From Chiloscyllium plagiosum (taxonomy: Eukaryota), in assembly GCF_004010195.1 (NCBI RefSeq), contig NW_025214630.1, forward strand, positions 11,605 to 47,709: 36,105 nt of DNA. The letters run 5' to 3'. Shown here piece by piece: positions 1 to 11,614 of this stretch (positions are counted from its first letter, which is position 1; each line of letters begins with the position of its first letter). The position numbers were made by a program, and so were the translations under genes. The notes beneath the pieces are model-generated. The model did no database searches, was not told the DNA's origin, and was given only the letters and a program-made list of their open reading frames with translations.

Positions 1-217
1 GGGGTGGGGGTAACGCAGCATGGACAGAAGCTAGTATGGATGTGCCACACGGACAGGCAATGGGATCGCGGTCCTCAATCTGCCAGCACTGAGCTCGGCA
101 TCCTGCTCGGAGTGAATACTGACACACCACTGAACAGCTCCCAGATCCAACCCCCACCCCCCCTGCAGAGAGTCAGCAACACATACTGGCACTCACTCAG
201 TAATGGTAGACTTGGCT

Positions 218-254
218 GGGGGGGGGGGGGGGGGGAGAGAGTTGGGGTGGGGGG
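218..254 (+). repeat. G18 homopolymer plus adjacent G-runs (potential G-quadruplex)
   Basis: G18 at 218-235, followed by GGGG and GGGGGG runs. Confidence 0.7.
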
Positions 255-1200
255 AGAGCTGCCAGACCTCCTCACGGAGATCCAGTCCGGCTTTTCCGTC
301 CTGCCACTGCAGTACGCTCCAACCCTGGGAGTCATTAATAAATAAAGCCCGCAGCAGCCAGGAGATACTGCTGGCGTTTCTCAGAGAGAGAACACAAAGA
401 CACAACCTCAATAGAAGAAAAGGACCTGAGGCAGACTAAATAAAAACCGATGTAAAATTACACTAATCGGGTTTGTCTTTTGGAGGGACTGTCACCAAAT
501 CTATTTGAACAAAAAAAACTAAAATACTTCGCTCCAAACTGCCCCCCCACACACACAGAGCCATAACTACCTGTGATATGATACAGAGAAAGCATCCCAG
601 TCTGGAACCAGACTCCTGGTTGCTATCCCCGCTCGTTGAGTGTGCGCAGGACAAACAGTAAGGACAAGGTGAATTTTTTTTGCATCTCGGTTTCTCGTCT
701 CCATCCTGCACTGTCCCAAGACAGGAGCAGCTCCCTCAGACAGTAACCTCTGGTCTCCCACCCCCTCCCAAACAACCATCACACGGTGTGGGAGTCTGTA
801 CATCGCTGGGTGTTACCCAGGTGAATGGGTCCCCGACCTCAGCAACCCTGAGGGAGGCTGGTGCCATCTCATGACAGCGGGAGAGCTGCACTTCAAGTCA
901 GACAAAGTCTCCCCTGTCTGAAAGCCTGAGGTTTTACATTTGAGTAGCATCTCGGGAGAGAAAACGCCAAATTGCTGTATTGCAGCTCAAGGCAGAATTC
1001 CGTGAGCGGGCACAGTATTGGCCTGAACGTTTCTAACTTCACCTTCCACCACCACCACCACCTCAGGGGATAAAACAGGGGCTTTACGTCTTTATGCAGA
1101 AGAGGGTTCAGGCAATGGCACAAGTCTCCTCCTCAAAGCCTCCATCTTTAGCTCAGTTCCGATCCCCATCGTTTTCAGACATCAATCGGAATGTCAATGA

Positions 1201-1263
1201 AGGAGGATTGCAGATGCTGGAGATTAGAGTCAAGAGTGTGGTGCTGGAAAAGCACAGCAGGTC
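1201..1263 (-). mobile_element. Penelope-like element terminal (pLTR-end) fragment
   Basis: TGCAGATGCTGGAGAT...TGCTGGAAAAGCACAGCAGGTC closely matches the end of the PLE at ~12110-12170 in this window. It is truncated before the hammerhead. Confidence 0.7.
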
Positions 1264-2670
1264 GTGTAAATGAAACCCACCAGTGCCGATTCCACCTCCT
1301 CCTGATTGCAGATCGCAAGGGCTTCACGAACTCTTCCACAACTTGTTAATCAGGTATCAAAACCCCGAGCTCAGTCTGAGAATCTGCTGCGCTGCCTGGG
1401 TCAGCTTCACTGCGCTAGTAACCCGGGGGGGGCAGAGTGATAAGTCCTTACATTTAACACCAAGATGGGAGGCGAGGGTGATGACCCTCTTTTAAAACAT
1501 AAAAAAAATAAAATTACAGAAAGCATAAAACATGAAGCTTTGTGAACAATGCAAATTGCCCCAACATCACTTTAACACCCTACAGGGGCAGGGGGAAACC
1601 GAGATTGAAAACTGGGGTCATTGTGAAAGAGGAACCAGGCAGACGGACAGATGGACAGTCTGACAGTAGGGACCATTCCTCTAGGAACCCGGGCTGCCTT
1701 CCGAGGGAGATTAACAATATACCAATGTTGGTCATTGTCAGCCGGGGATGAATAAATGAATGAAGTGCAAATATCTTGGAGCAGAACCAATAATGAATCC
1801 AATAACCGGGTCTCCCACTAAATTATTGTGTATTAAAGAGCTTTGGCAGCGGAAATAGATATTCTTTAAAAAAGTTTAAGGGTTAGTGAATAAATACATT
1901 TTTAGAGCAATTCGAGGTGTTTTCGACTCCCCTTGCCTCGGGTTCATAAAACAGCTTTGCCCAGCGATGAGAGACTGGGGGGGGGGGGGGATAGGAGACA
2001 CTGCAGAGTGTCTGGATCAGAGACAGACTGCAAGATCTGCCGCAGTCTCCCTCTCTCTCTCCTTTGTGGCTCTGATCATCCACCAGCTCCTTCTCCTGGT
2101 TCTGTTAAAGTCTTGAATTTTCAACTATTCAGTTTTTCCTTTGGACGTTGTATTCTGAACTCCCCCCCCCCCCGCGCTCCCGGCCGCAGCGATTACACTA
2201 AAAAAAAAACCCTAAAACGCATCGTTTTCTCGGATTGCCAGCGAAGGGAGGGGCAGGGTATGGATGAGAAAACTCCATCTCATTCTTGTCATACCTGGCG
2301 ATTTTTGGAGATTGCGACTGGGACTGGTCACTAACATAAAGCCCCCGTGAGGAACCCCAAACCCCCATCCCCTGACCCCGGGAGTGGAACAGGATATTAA
2401 TTGTGGAAACTGAACATAACCAGGGAAGGAGAAACAGTGAAAAGGGCAATCAAAATTAAAAGTTTTTTTTTCACAAATGCTCCCCACATCTCAGAGCTGA
2501 GTCCTGACAAACTGCTGCCTGTTGTCACACAGAATGGCACCAAATCATCCCCAGTCTGAATTAATCTCACTTCCAAACTCAACGCTATTTCTCTTTCCAA
2601 GCCAAGCCCTGCCTTGATGGCGCTCCACATTAAAAGCTGCGCCAAGCCTGTCTCGGTTCCGAGTGTGGGT

Positions 2671-2842
2671 CTTACCCGTGTCCAGAACCCGCTCCCTGAC
2701 CCAGCAGCAGCCGCCGCCGCCTGTTCGCTGTCCTCTCAGTCTGCAGCCTTCCAGCCTTCGGCTCAACTCCAGGGCGGAGCCGCCCAGCCTGGTCCAGCCT
2801 CTCCCGCACACTTCACCAATGCAGCAGCTGCATTAACCCCCA
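2671..2842 (-). promoter_or_regulatory. Putative promoter and first non-coding exon of a minus-strand gene extending left out of the window
   Basis: CpG-rich, with a GGC/GCT triplet run. On the minus strand there is a splice donor CGG|GTAAG (CTTAC at 2671-2675 on +). GC boxes: GGGCGG 2772-2777 and CCGCCC ~2780-2785. CCAAT at 2816-2820. Palindrome AATGCAGC-A-GCTGCATT containing the E-box CAGCTG. No coding exon recognised. Confidence 0.45.
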
Positions 2843-2849
2843 CAGCACT

Positions 2850-3360
2850 GAGACAGACAGAGTGATCTGTACCTCTGTCTCCATACATAGGAGCTCAGAG
2901 ACAGGCAGGGTGACAAATAGCTATACAGAGGGATTGAGTGAGACAGGGACTGAGGGGGGCACAGAGACCAACACAGAGGGATAGACATTACAAAAGTTAC
3001 AGACGGACAGATAGAGACAGGCACTGAACCAGGCAGGGAGGCAGCTCCAGAGAATAAAAGGAGAGGCTCTAAAAGAAAGAGAGACGCAGGGAGACAAAGA
3101 GAGAGCGAAAAAGACACACGCAGAGGAGACAGGAAAACAGAGACACAAAAAGACAGGGAGAGAGAGAGAGAATGGGAGAGATAAAGAAACAAGGAAGTCA
3201 CACACTGACATTGAGAGAGGTAAACGGAGAAAGGTGGATAGATAAAAGAAAGGTGGGAGAGAAGCTGGGAGGGAGCAAAGAGACAGAAATGGGTGAGAGG
3301 GAGACAGATAGAGTGGAAGTGAGATGGAGAGATCTCTGTGGGTTAGAGAGACAGAGAATG
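2850..3360. repeat. GA/GACA-rich low-complexity tract
   Basis: Degenerate (GA)n/(GACA)n purine-rich sequence. Its ORFs are low-complexity SL-rich translations. Confidence 0.8.
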
Positions 3361-3734
3361 AGGGTTAATGTCACCTATCCACTCAGAGTGTGTGTGACAT
3401 TGAGAAGATCGCTGCAGAAGCTCTTAGGCTTTTGTCCTGCTGTGTAATTTGTTGGTTTGTCTGCACAGCAAGGTAGCTATTTAGAACATAGCCAGACCAG
3501 GGTGAGCTACTTACTTGTAGTTTCTATCACTGCCCTTTCCTAAGGTGACTGTCGGTGTGTGCACAGTGAGTGAGAACACCTCACAGTCCAGGTATCATGG
3601 TCCTCTGTAATGGAACTGGTCACACTGTGTAGAGACTAACTTGGAGAAGTTTGAGGGACAAGGTCCTGAATCAATGGAAAGGCAGGTGAAACATCATGGG
3701 CCAATTCTTATCCTCCACATGCAGAACAGCAAGT

Positions 3735-4412
3735 TCTCCCCTTGACATCCAATGATATTATCCTCACTGAATGCCCCACTATCAACATCCTGGGGATTAC
3801 CATTGACCAGAATATAAACTGGACTCACCATATAAATATTGTGGCTGCAAGAGCAGGTCAGAGGCTGGGAATCCTGCAGCAAGTAACTCACCTCCTGACT
3901 CCCCAAAGCCTATCCACCATCTACAAGGCACAAGTCAGGAGTGTGATGGAATACTCCCCACTTACCTGGATGACTGTAGCTTCAATAACACTCAAGAAGC
4001 TTCACGCATCCGCGACAAAACAGCCCACATCCACTCCACCAACCCCTCCATGTCCAGTAGCAGTGCACTATTTACAAGACACACTGCAGCAAATCACCAA
4101 GACTCCTCTGACAGCACCTTCCAAACCTCGGACCACTAACACCTAGAAGGCCTAGGCAGCAGAACACCACTACCCAAGTCACACACCATCTGTTTTCAAT
4201 CTATGCCACTATCCTCTTGTCGCTGGTTCAAAATTGAAATTCCACACACCCCCACCCCATGCCACCCTCAACAACAATGTAGATGTACCTGCACCACAAG
4301 GATTTCAGTGGTTTAAGAAGACAGCTCACCCCCACCTTCTCGAGGGTAACTAGAGATGGGCAATAAATACTGGCCCAGCCATAAAACTCACATCCTGTGA
4401 ACAAATGTTTAA
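3735..4412 (+). mobile_element. 5'-truncated non-LTR retrotransposon (CR1/L2-group) 3' end: RT C-terminus plus 3' UTR
   Basis: ORF 3742-4146 reads INILGITIDQNINWTHHIN...RLGILQQV...IYKAQVRSVMEYSPLTW, a LINE RT thumb region. The tail GATGGGCAATAAATACTGGCCCAGCC...CACATCCTGTGAAC is shared with the SINEs at 7450 and 17733. Confidence 0.85.
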
Positions 4413-4420
4413 AAAGATGT

Positions 4421-4736
4421 GAGCGGCACGATGGCACAGTGGTTAGCACTGCTGCCTCACAGCACCAGAGACCCGGGTTCAATTCCTGGCTCAGGCGACT
4501 GGACTGACTGTGTGGAGTTTGCACATTCTCCCCGTGTCTGTGTGGGTTTCCTCTGGGTGCTCCGGTTTCCTCCCACAGTCCAAAGATGTGCAGGTCAGGT
4601 GAATTGGCCATGCTAAATTGCCCATAGTGTTAGGTAAGGGGTAAATGTAGAGGTATGGGTGGGTTACGCTTCGGCGGGTCGGTGTGGACTTGTTGGGCCG
4701 AAGGGCCTGTTTCCACGCTGTAATGTAATGTAATGT
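4421..4736 (+). mobile_element. HE1-type SINE (tRNA-derived, V-SINE domain), full length
   Basis: A box TGGCACAGTGG, B box GGTTCAATTCC, central TGTGGAGTTTGCACATTCTCCCCGTG domain, LINE-derived tail GGGCCGAAGGGCCTGTTTCC, and a (TAATG)n end. Confidence 0.93.
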
Positions 4737-5296
4737 GGTTACAATGATGTTATGCAGCAATTGCAATGAATATCACAGTGAGAGTCCATTCCTTATTGAT
4801 GCTGCATCATTCAGTGCTGGGTTCAGGTACAGAGCTTTGAGCAGTTATTTTATCCCATATTAGCCACATGTATCAAGAGCAGACTTTCACCTGCTAAGAG
4901 GACTTGGGCCACCATTGTTCAGTGAAGAATCAAAACTCTCGACTTAGCCATGAGGGTCCTGAGCCAAGCAGTAACCACTTTGCGCAACCCAGCAGCTCTA
5001 TTCCGTATGCACCAAGTGGGAAAGGTGAAAGGCTTTGCTGTGCTTACCACCATAACTGAGCCAGAAGGACCACACATGGTTAAGCAACAGAGTTCCCCAA
5101 GACTGAACATCTGTCAGCTCTGGTAAAGTCAGTGCTCAGGACTGTCCTGGACAGTTTTCATGGACACTGGCTGTGTCAATGTTTACACCATTGATTAGAG
5201 AGAGAGAGATAGGATGGCAGGGAAATCAGTTGGAGACTTCAGCACAGAAGAAGCTCCATACAAATCTCCTCTCACCCCTCTTCATACAACTTTAAT

Positions 5297-6512
5297 GTGC
5301 CTCACAAACCTTGTTGAATTCGTTGAGGATGTGACAAAACACATTGATGAAGGTAGAGCAGTGGATGTGGTGTACATTGATTTTTAGAAAGGTGTTTGAT
5401 AAGGTTCCCCATGGTAGGCTCATTCAGAAAGTAAGGAGGCATGGGATACAGGGGAATTTGGCTGCCTGGGTACAGAATTGGCTGGCCCATAGAAGACAGA
5501 AGATAGTAGTGGATGGGAAGTATTCAGCCTGGAGCTCGGCGACCAGTGGTGTTCTGGGACCTCTGCTCTTTGTGATTTTTATAAATGATTTGGATGAGGA
5601 AGTGGAAAGGTGGCTTAGTAAGTTTGCCAATGACACAAAGGTTGGTGGAGTTGTGGAGGGCTGTTGTAGGTTGCAACTGGTCATTGACAGGATGTAGAGC
5701 TGGGCTAAGAAGTAGCAGATGGAGTTCAACCTGGAAAAATGTGAAGTGATTCTTTTTGGAAAGTTGATTTTGAATGCAAATTACAGGTTTAAAGGCAGGG
5801 TTCTTGGCAGTGTGGAAGAACAGAGGAATCTTGGGGTCACATAAATAGATCCCTCAACATTGCCAAACAAGTTGATGGGACTGTTAAGAAGGCATATAGT
5901 GTGTTTGCTTTCATCAGCAGGGGGATTGAGTTTAAGAGCCGCAAGGTTATGCTGCAGCTCTATAAATCCCTAGCTCAACCATACTCGGAATATTGAGTTC
6001 ACTTCCGGTCGCTTCATTACAGGAAGAAAGCAGAGGCTTTAGAAAGGGTAGAGAGGAGATTTCCCAGAATGCTGCCTGGACTGGAGGGCATGCCTTATGA
6101 AGAAAGGTTGAGGGAGCTAGGGCTTTTCTCATTGGAGCAAAGAAGGATGAGAGGAGGCTTGATAGAGGTGTACAAGATGACGAGAGGCAGAGATAGAGTG
6201 GATAGCCAGAGACTTAATCCCAGGGAGGAAACGTCTATCACGAGGGGGCATAATTTTAAGGTGATTGGAGGAAGGTTTAGGGGAGATGTCAGAGATAAGT
6301 TCTTTACACAGAGAGTGGTGGGTGTGTGGAATGCACTGCCAGCAATGGTAGTAGAGACAGATGCATTAGGGATATTTAAGTGACTCTTGAATAGGCCCAT
6401 GGAAGTTAGTACAATGAAGGGTATGTAGGTTAGTCTGATTTAGAGTCAGATAGAAGGCCAGCAACAACATTGAGGGCCGAAGAGCCTTTGCTGTGCTGTA
6501 TTGTTCTATGTT
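5297..6512 (+). mobile_element. CR1/HER1-like LINE, 5'-truncated, with a degenerate RT
   Basis: Translations include FRKVFDKVPHGRL, LGPLLFVIFINDLDE, SKFANDTKVGG (decayed FADD), YEERLRELGLFSLE and FFTQRVVGVWNALP. Stops and frameshifts are present. The tail is GGGCCGAAGAGCC...TTCTATG. Confidence 0.95.
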
Positions 6513-6912
6513 TATCAACATAAACCTCCAATCTTTTCTCCCTCTTGTGTTTTGATTCCTCTTAAATCAGTTGATGTCATCCACCTCAATGTAACTATGT
6601 GGTAAGAACTCCATATTCTCACTGCTCTTTGGACAAAGAATTCCTTACTTTTACATTAGGCTTTTGACTCCCTCGGAAGTGGGAACATCTCCACATCCAT
6701 CTTAAAAGTTTCTGTTCAAACTTCTCATTTCTGGAGAACAGAGTTCCTCATAGATATATCCTTCCACTTTCAGGAAGTAATTGTTGTTATTTATCCTGAT
6801 GGTTATAAGCCATAAGAGAGCTTTGATCATTAAGTATGCAATGGAAGTGACAATGATATTTGTGTCATACTGAATGGGCCAGTTCTCAGTGTCTGATGCC
6901 TACCTGAGAGAG

Positions 6913-7085
6913 AACATAAGAACTAGGTTTAAGAGTAGGCCATTCAGCATCTCGAGTCTGCTCTGCCAGTCAATAGAATCATGACTGATCTGACAGTCCT
7001 CATGTCCACTTTCTTGCCTTTTGCCCATAACCCATAATTCCTCGACTGATCAAAAATTGATCTATCTAACCTTAAGTATACACCA
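6913..7085 (-). mobile_element. CR1 LINE 3' end remnant
   Basis: AACATAAGAACTAGG...GTAGGCCATTCAGC is the reverse complement of a CR1 3' tail (GCTGAATGGCCTAC...TTCTTATGTT). Confidence 0.75.
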
Positions 7086-7099
7086 CGACAGACAGGGCA

Positions 7100-7400
7100 G
7101 GTCAACAAAAGTTTGGTCAAAGAGGAAGGTTTTAAGGAGCTTCTTAATGGGAGAAAGAGAAAAGGGAAAGGTTTAGGAATGGAATCAGATAGTTCAGGGA
7201 CCAGGAACTAAAGGCATAGCCATTAATGGTGGGGCAATGGAAATTGGGGATGCTGTAGGGCCAGAATGAAGAAGTGCATTTAGCTCAGAGTGAGGTTTGA
7301 GAATTCAGAGATCGGGAAGGTTCAAGGCCACTGAGAGGTTGGAAAATGAAGATGAAAAGTTTAAAACTGTGGCTGTCTTTAAATGTAGGACACAGAAGAA
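7100..7400 (-). mobile_element. L2 LINE ORF2 C-terminal remnant
   Basis: The reverse complement contains CTCCTTAAAACCTTCCTCTTTGACCAAAC (LLKTFLFDQ-like), homologous to 18060-18188. Confidence 0.65.
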
Positions 7401-7449
7401 AGGGTCAATGTAGGTCACAGAACAAAGTGTGAGGCAAAGTGGATGGACT

Positions 7450-7770
7450 GGTGCAGTGGAAAAAGTAATCCAGATGAAAGTGAGTTCAAATCCCACTAAT
7501 CTTTAAAAATCATTTTTAAAAGCTGGCATCAGTAAATGTGACTGTGAACTTGTCTGATTTTCATGGAAACCAAACCGATTAACTATTGTCCTTCGGTGAA
7601 GGAAGTCTATTGCCCTTACTGGGTCTACACGTGACTCCAGGCCCAGGGCAGTGCAGCTGACTCCTGACCGGTCTGTGAAATGGCTCAGCTAGTTCAGCAA
7701 ATTAATGAAACTCCGGGCATGAGGAAGAAATGCCAGCAGCAGCCACACCTACAGGATTTGTAAATAAAAA
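7450..7770 (+). mobile_element. Degenerate tRNA-derived SINE (same family as 17733-18055)
   Basis: GTAATCCAGA...GAGTTCAAATCCCAC (B box), GAAGGAAGTCT...GTGACTCCAGGCCCA core, and a LINE-like tail. Confidence 0.65.
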
Positions 7771-7793
7771 GCACTGTGCCACTAGTAGGTGTG

Positions 7794-8370
7794 TAGGAAT
7801 GCAGGAATAGGAGGAGGCCATTCAGCCCCTCGAGACTGTTCTACTGTTCAATCAGATCCTGGCTGTTCTGTGGCTTGATTCCATATACCCACCTTTGGCC
7901 CTTAATATGTTTGCTTAACAAAACATTATGTATCTCAGATATAAAATTAACAATGGATCCTGCATCCACTGCTGTTTCTGGAAGAGAATTCCAAACCTAT
8001 GTCACCCTTTGTATGTAGAAGTGCTTCCCAACGTCTCTCCTGATTGCCCTGGCCCTAATTCTCAGCCTATGACCCCCTAGTTGTAAAACGTCCAACCAGT
8101 GAAAATAGTTTATCTCCCCTGTCTTTTCCTGTTACTATCTTGAACACTTTGATCAGATTATCAGTTAACCTTCTAAATTCTAGAGAAATTCAGCCTAATT
8201 TATAATGGCTTATAAGTCATAATGTAACCCCTGAAGTCCAGTTATCATTCTTGTAAATCTACATAGTACTCCCTTCTAAACCAATCCGTCCTCCCTCAGG
8301 TGTGGTGCTCAGATCTGCTCACAGTGCTCCAAGTAGAGTCTAAGTGGGGTTTTGTATAACTGCAGCATAA
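7794..8370 (-). mobile_element. CR1 LINE 3' portion
   Basis: GGAGGCCATTCAGCCCCTCGAG tail in reverse. The reverse translation includes MLQLYKTPLRLYLEHCEQI (decayed LYKxLVRPHLEYCxQFW). Confidence 0.8.
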
Positions 8371-8462
8371 ATAAGAGCCAGTAATAAATATCATATAGTA
8401 TAATGTAATGTAATATAATATTCTCTCCCCTTAAAAGTACAAGACATTGAGAGGAGATCTTG

Positions 8463-8570
8463 TGGAGCATTGGGTAGTGTTCCTGCCTCTGAGCCAGATG
8501 CCCTGGTTTAATTCCCACTCCAGGGCATCATGGTCCAGGAAGGTGTGTTTATTACCTGGCAAAAGAGATC
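8463..8570 (+). mobile_element. Short tRNA-derived SINE fragment
   Basis: GGTAGTGTTCCTGCCTCTGAGCCAGA...GGTTTAATTCCCACTCCAG, homologous to 16437-16545. Confidence 0.55.
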
Positions 8571-8799
8571 AGGAATCAATGGAATGAAAAGAAATTGGAG
8601 CCGTTATCCTACCATTCTAGCTCTTGGCTGCATCATGTGGGGGCGGGGCAGGGGGATTGAATTGCCTGGTGTAGATCAGATTGGTGCCAACTCTGCTCCA
8701 GGTGGACATTGCAATGCTGTGGGTCAGACCTGCCTTTGGACAGAGAACCGAGGGAGAAACCATGGATCAGATGCTCTTCAGGGGCCACACTGTCAGACC

Positions 8800-9010
8800 T
8801 TGAGAGAATAAAGTTCCAGAAGAAGTCCATTTCGTCCACTGTGATTGTGCCATCTCTTTGAAAGAGTTAAGTCCTGTTCCTCCTGGTCTTTTCCTACTGT
8901 CTTATACATGTTCCTTTTCCATGTATTTAACAAATTCCATTTAGGAAAAGTTCCTGTTGAATCTGCTACCACTGTCCTTTCACTGAACCTGTTCCAGATC
9001 ATAATAACTC
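8800..9010 (-). mobile_element. Degenerate CR1 3' remnant
   Basis: Reverse translation IWNRFSERTVVADSTGTF resembles the CR1 C-terminal motif WNxLPxxVVEA. Confidence 0.6.
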
Positions 9011-9029
9011 ATGAAAAATCTGACTGGGG

Positions 9030-9290
9030 TGAGCTGGCCTAGAACTAGGGGACAGTCTCAGAATAAGGGGCCGGCCATTGACAACTCAGGTGAGGAGGGA
9101 TTCTTTTACTCAGGGGGTGGTGAACCTTTGGAATTCTCCACCCCAGAGGACTGTGCAGTCAATCAGGCAGACAGCCATGGAGTTTTAGCTGCTAGAGCCT
9201 TCCAGGGATATGGCACACTGAGGTCAATGGTCAACCATGATCTAGAATGACACAGCAGTCTTGAGGGGCTGAATGGACTGCATCTGGTCA
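9030..9290 (+). mobile_element. Degenerate CR1 3' remnant
   Basis: AGAACTAGGGGACA (TRGH-like), TTCTTTTACTCAGGGGGTGGTGAACCTTTGGAATTCTC (FFxQRVVNLWNSL-like) and the tail GAGGGGCTGAATGG. Confidence 0.7.
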
Positions 9291-9567
9291 ATGTTCCCTC
9301 ATGTGCGGCAACAGCATCCAAAATGGGAAGTTGATGCTGGGAACGTGTCAGCATCCTGATTAGTATGCATGGAATTTCCAAGCATCTGCACAGACACACA
9401 GTTCAGAGGGAACCTTACTGCTGTTTATATATTCCTAATCAAGTCCCTGTTTATTTTGTCAGTTATCATAAATCTTTGTTATCTGGTTACTGATATCTAA
9501 TGCCAGCGCAAACAGTTTCTCCCTATTTACTTTATCACAACCCTCATCCCCTTGATCCCTTCTGCTA

Positions 9568-9722
9568 AGAATCATAGAATCCCTACAGCGTGGAAACAAG
9601 CCATTTGGCCCAAGTCCACGTGGCCCTCTGAAAAGTATCCCACCCAGACCCATTCCCCTACCCCTATTGCTCTACATTTCCCCTGACTAATGCACCTAAT
9701 CTATGCATTCCTGGAGACTATG
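9568..9722 (-). mobile_element. HE1-type SINE 3' half
   Basis: AGAATCCCTACAGCGTGGAAACAAGCC...CCCACCCAGACCCATTCCCC is the reverse complement of the HE1 tail. Confidence 0.8.
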
Positions 9723-10104
9723 GCTCTGGGCAACTAGAAATCACCAATAAATGTTGGCCAAGCGAGCAACATCCACAGTCTGTGTATTCATTTTTTAAAA
9801 ATGTGATGTGATACACACCTCTGTTCACATCAAGCAGAGTATGTGAAGTTTGCAGAGGGTTGGTATCACAGTGTGTTACAACATTAAACAGGTGATGTCT
9901 TTGATTGTGTGCCAACTTTAAGTAAAAGAACAGATAAAGGAATTTCACTCGAATGTGGTCATTACTAATGTGACCTGACATTGTTTCAATTCCTATATAC
10001 ACTGGAAAATATGTATACATACTCAGATAAATGGAGCAAATTAAAAATTGAGTCCTTTCTGTGTGTATCTGTTCTTAGTACTCTGATGATCAGAGATATA
10101 TTCA

Positions 10105-10257
10105 CCATTTAAAAGGATGGGTATGTGAACAGGAAGGGTTTAGAGGGATATCGGCCAAATGCTGGTAAATGGGACTAGATTTTTTTGAGGATATCTGGTC
10201 GGCACGGACAAGTTGGACCGAAGGGTCTGTTTCCATGCTGTACATCTCTCTGATTCT
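10105..10257 (+). mobile_element. HER1/CR1 LINE extreme 3' end
   Basis: GGAAGGGTTTAGAGGGATAT...GTTGGACCGAAGGGTCTGTTTCCATGCTGTA; this tail is shared with the HE1 SINEs. Confidence 0.8.
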
Positions 10258-10501
10258 AAAGAGAAGTTACACGCAAACAAATTGGAATAGAAGAAAGGTT
10301 GGAGGAGGTGCATTTGCAGCATGACCTTCAATGGGCCGAATGGCCTATTTCTATGCCTGAAAGATCTACGTTATTCTATGATTAATGAAGAGTTAAAATT
10401 CACCTTGTTTCTTTTACCATCTATCAGACCAGACTGGATCACAGGCTCCCACTGAGAGGGAGGGGGAGGGGAAGAGGAGGAGGAAGGGGGAGGGGGAATG
10501 G

Positions 10502-10685
10502 NNNNNNNNNNNNNNNNNNNNNNNNNNNNNNNNNNNNNNNNNNNNNNNNNNNNNNNNNNNNNNNNNNNNNNNNNNNNNNNNNNNNNNNNNNNNNNNNNNN
10601 NNNNNNNNNNNNNNNNNNNNNNNNNNNNNNNNNNNNNNNNNNNNNNNNNNNNNNNNNNNNNNNNNNNNNNNNNNNNNNNNNNNNN
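10502..10685. other. Assembly gap flanked by a polypurine tract (left) and a polypyrimidine tract (right)
   Basis: N run, with G/A-rich 10454-10501 and C/T-rich 10686-10770. Confidence 0.95.
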
Positions 10686-11266
10686 TCCCCCCTCCTCTCT
10701 CCCCATCACCCTCCTCCCTCTCTCCCCCCCATTCCCACCTCTCTCCTCCACTCTTTGTACTGTCTCTCTTGATAGGAGCACAGCAGGTGTCCAGGAGGGA
10801 CATGGGACCCCTTTTGTGATCTGAAGGACTGGAACATCACTTGCAATGGTTTACTGGGAAAGTAACAACACTGAAGTATTGTGTTCCACAGTTTCAAAGC
10901 AAGACCATTATTAACTTCACTTTGAAAGAGGGAACGTCTAACTTGTTTTTCGTTAACCTGTTGGAGGTCACCTCATGGTAAAGGTCCTGATTTTCGGCAA
11001 AGTTATTTGGATTCAAAGCTCATCTCCTTTACCAACTTCACATTCAATTTTACTCAACCTCCGAAAACTGATATTGTTATTGTGCAATCATCCAAATCTT
11101 TAAATATGAAATCAAGAAACAGTGTTCATGTTGAGGTCTAGGCTGCACGGTATCCTCAAAAACCATTGCATTTGGAAAGAGTTTTGTTGGAAAATTCATA
11201 CAACTGAGGTGTGCTCTTCATTAAGTCCAGCAAAAAAAAAGAGAAATCATGAACTCATTTGTAAAA

Positions 11267-11601
11267 TTAGAATTCCTACAGTGTGGTAACAGGCCCTTCG
11301 GACCAACAAGTCCACACCAACCCTCCGAAGTGTATCTCACCCAGACCCATTCCCCTACAACTCTACACTTTCCCTGACTAATGCACTGAAACTCCACATC
11401 CCTGAACACCATGGGCAACTTAGCATGGCCAATTCACCTAACCAGCACACCTTTGCACTATGGGATGAAACCGGAGCACCCAGAGGAAACCCACGCAGAC
11501 ACGGGGAGAACATGCAAACTCCACACAGCCAGTCACCCGAGATGGGAATCGAACCCGGGTCCTTGGTGCCGTGAGGCAGCAGTGCTAACCACTGAGCCAC
11601 C
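11267..11601 (-). mobile_element. HE1-type SINE, full length
   Basis: The reverse complement has A box TGGCTCAGTGG, B box GGTTCGATTCC, the V domain and the LINE tail. Confidence 0.93.
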
Positions 11602-11614
11602 CATAGGGTAGGAT

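Noticed and set aside
4..2487. Short ORFs in the GC-rich left end
   Set aside because: No recognisable domains; the poly-P and poly-G stretches come from homopolymer runs.
2833..3447. SL-rich and ER-rich ORFs
   Set aside because: They are translations of the GA-rich low-complexity tract.
4421..4500. tRNA gene (A and B boxes; also at ~11530-11601 and 13058-13125)
   Set aside because: These are the tRNA-derived heads of HE1 SINEs, continuing into the SINE body and LINE tail.
5043..5121. Possible minus-strand exon (acceptor CTTTACCAG, donor GTG|GTAAGC)
   Set aside because: The splice signals are plausible, but there is no recognisable peptide or other support.
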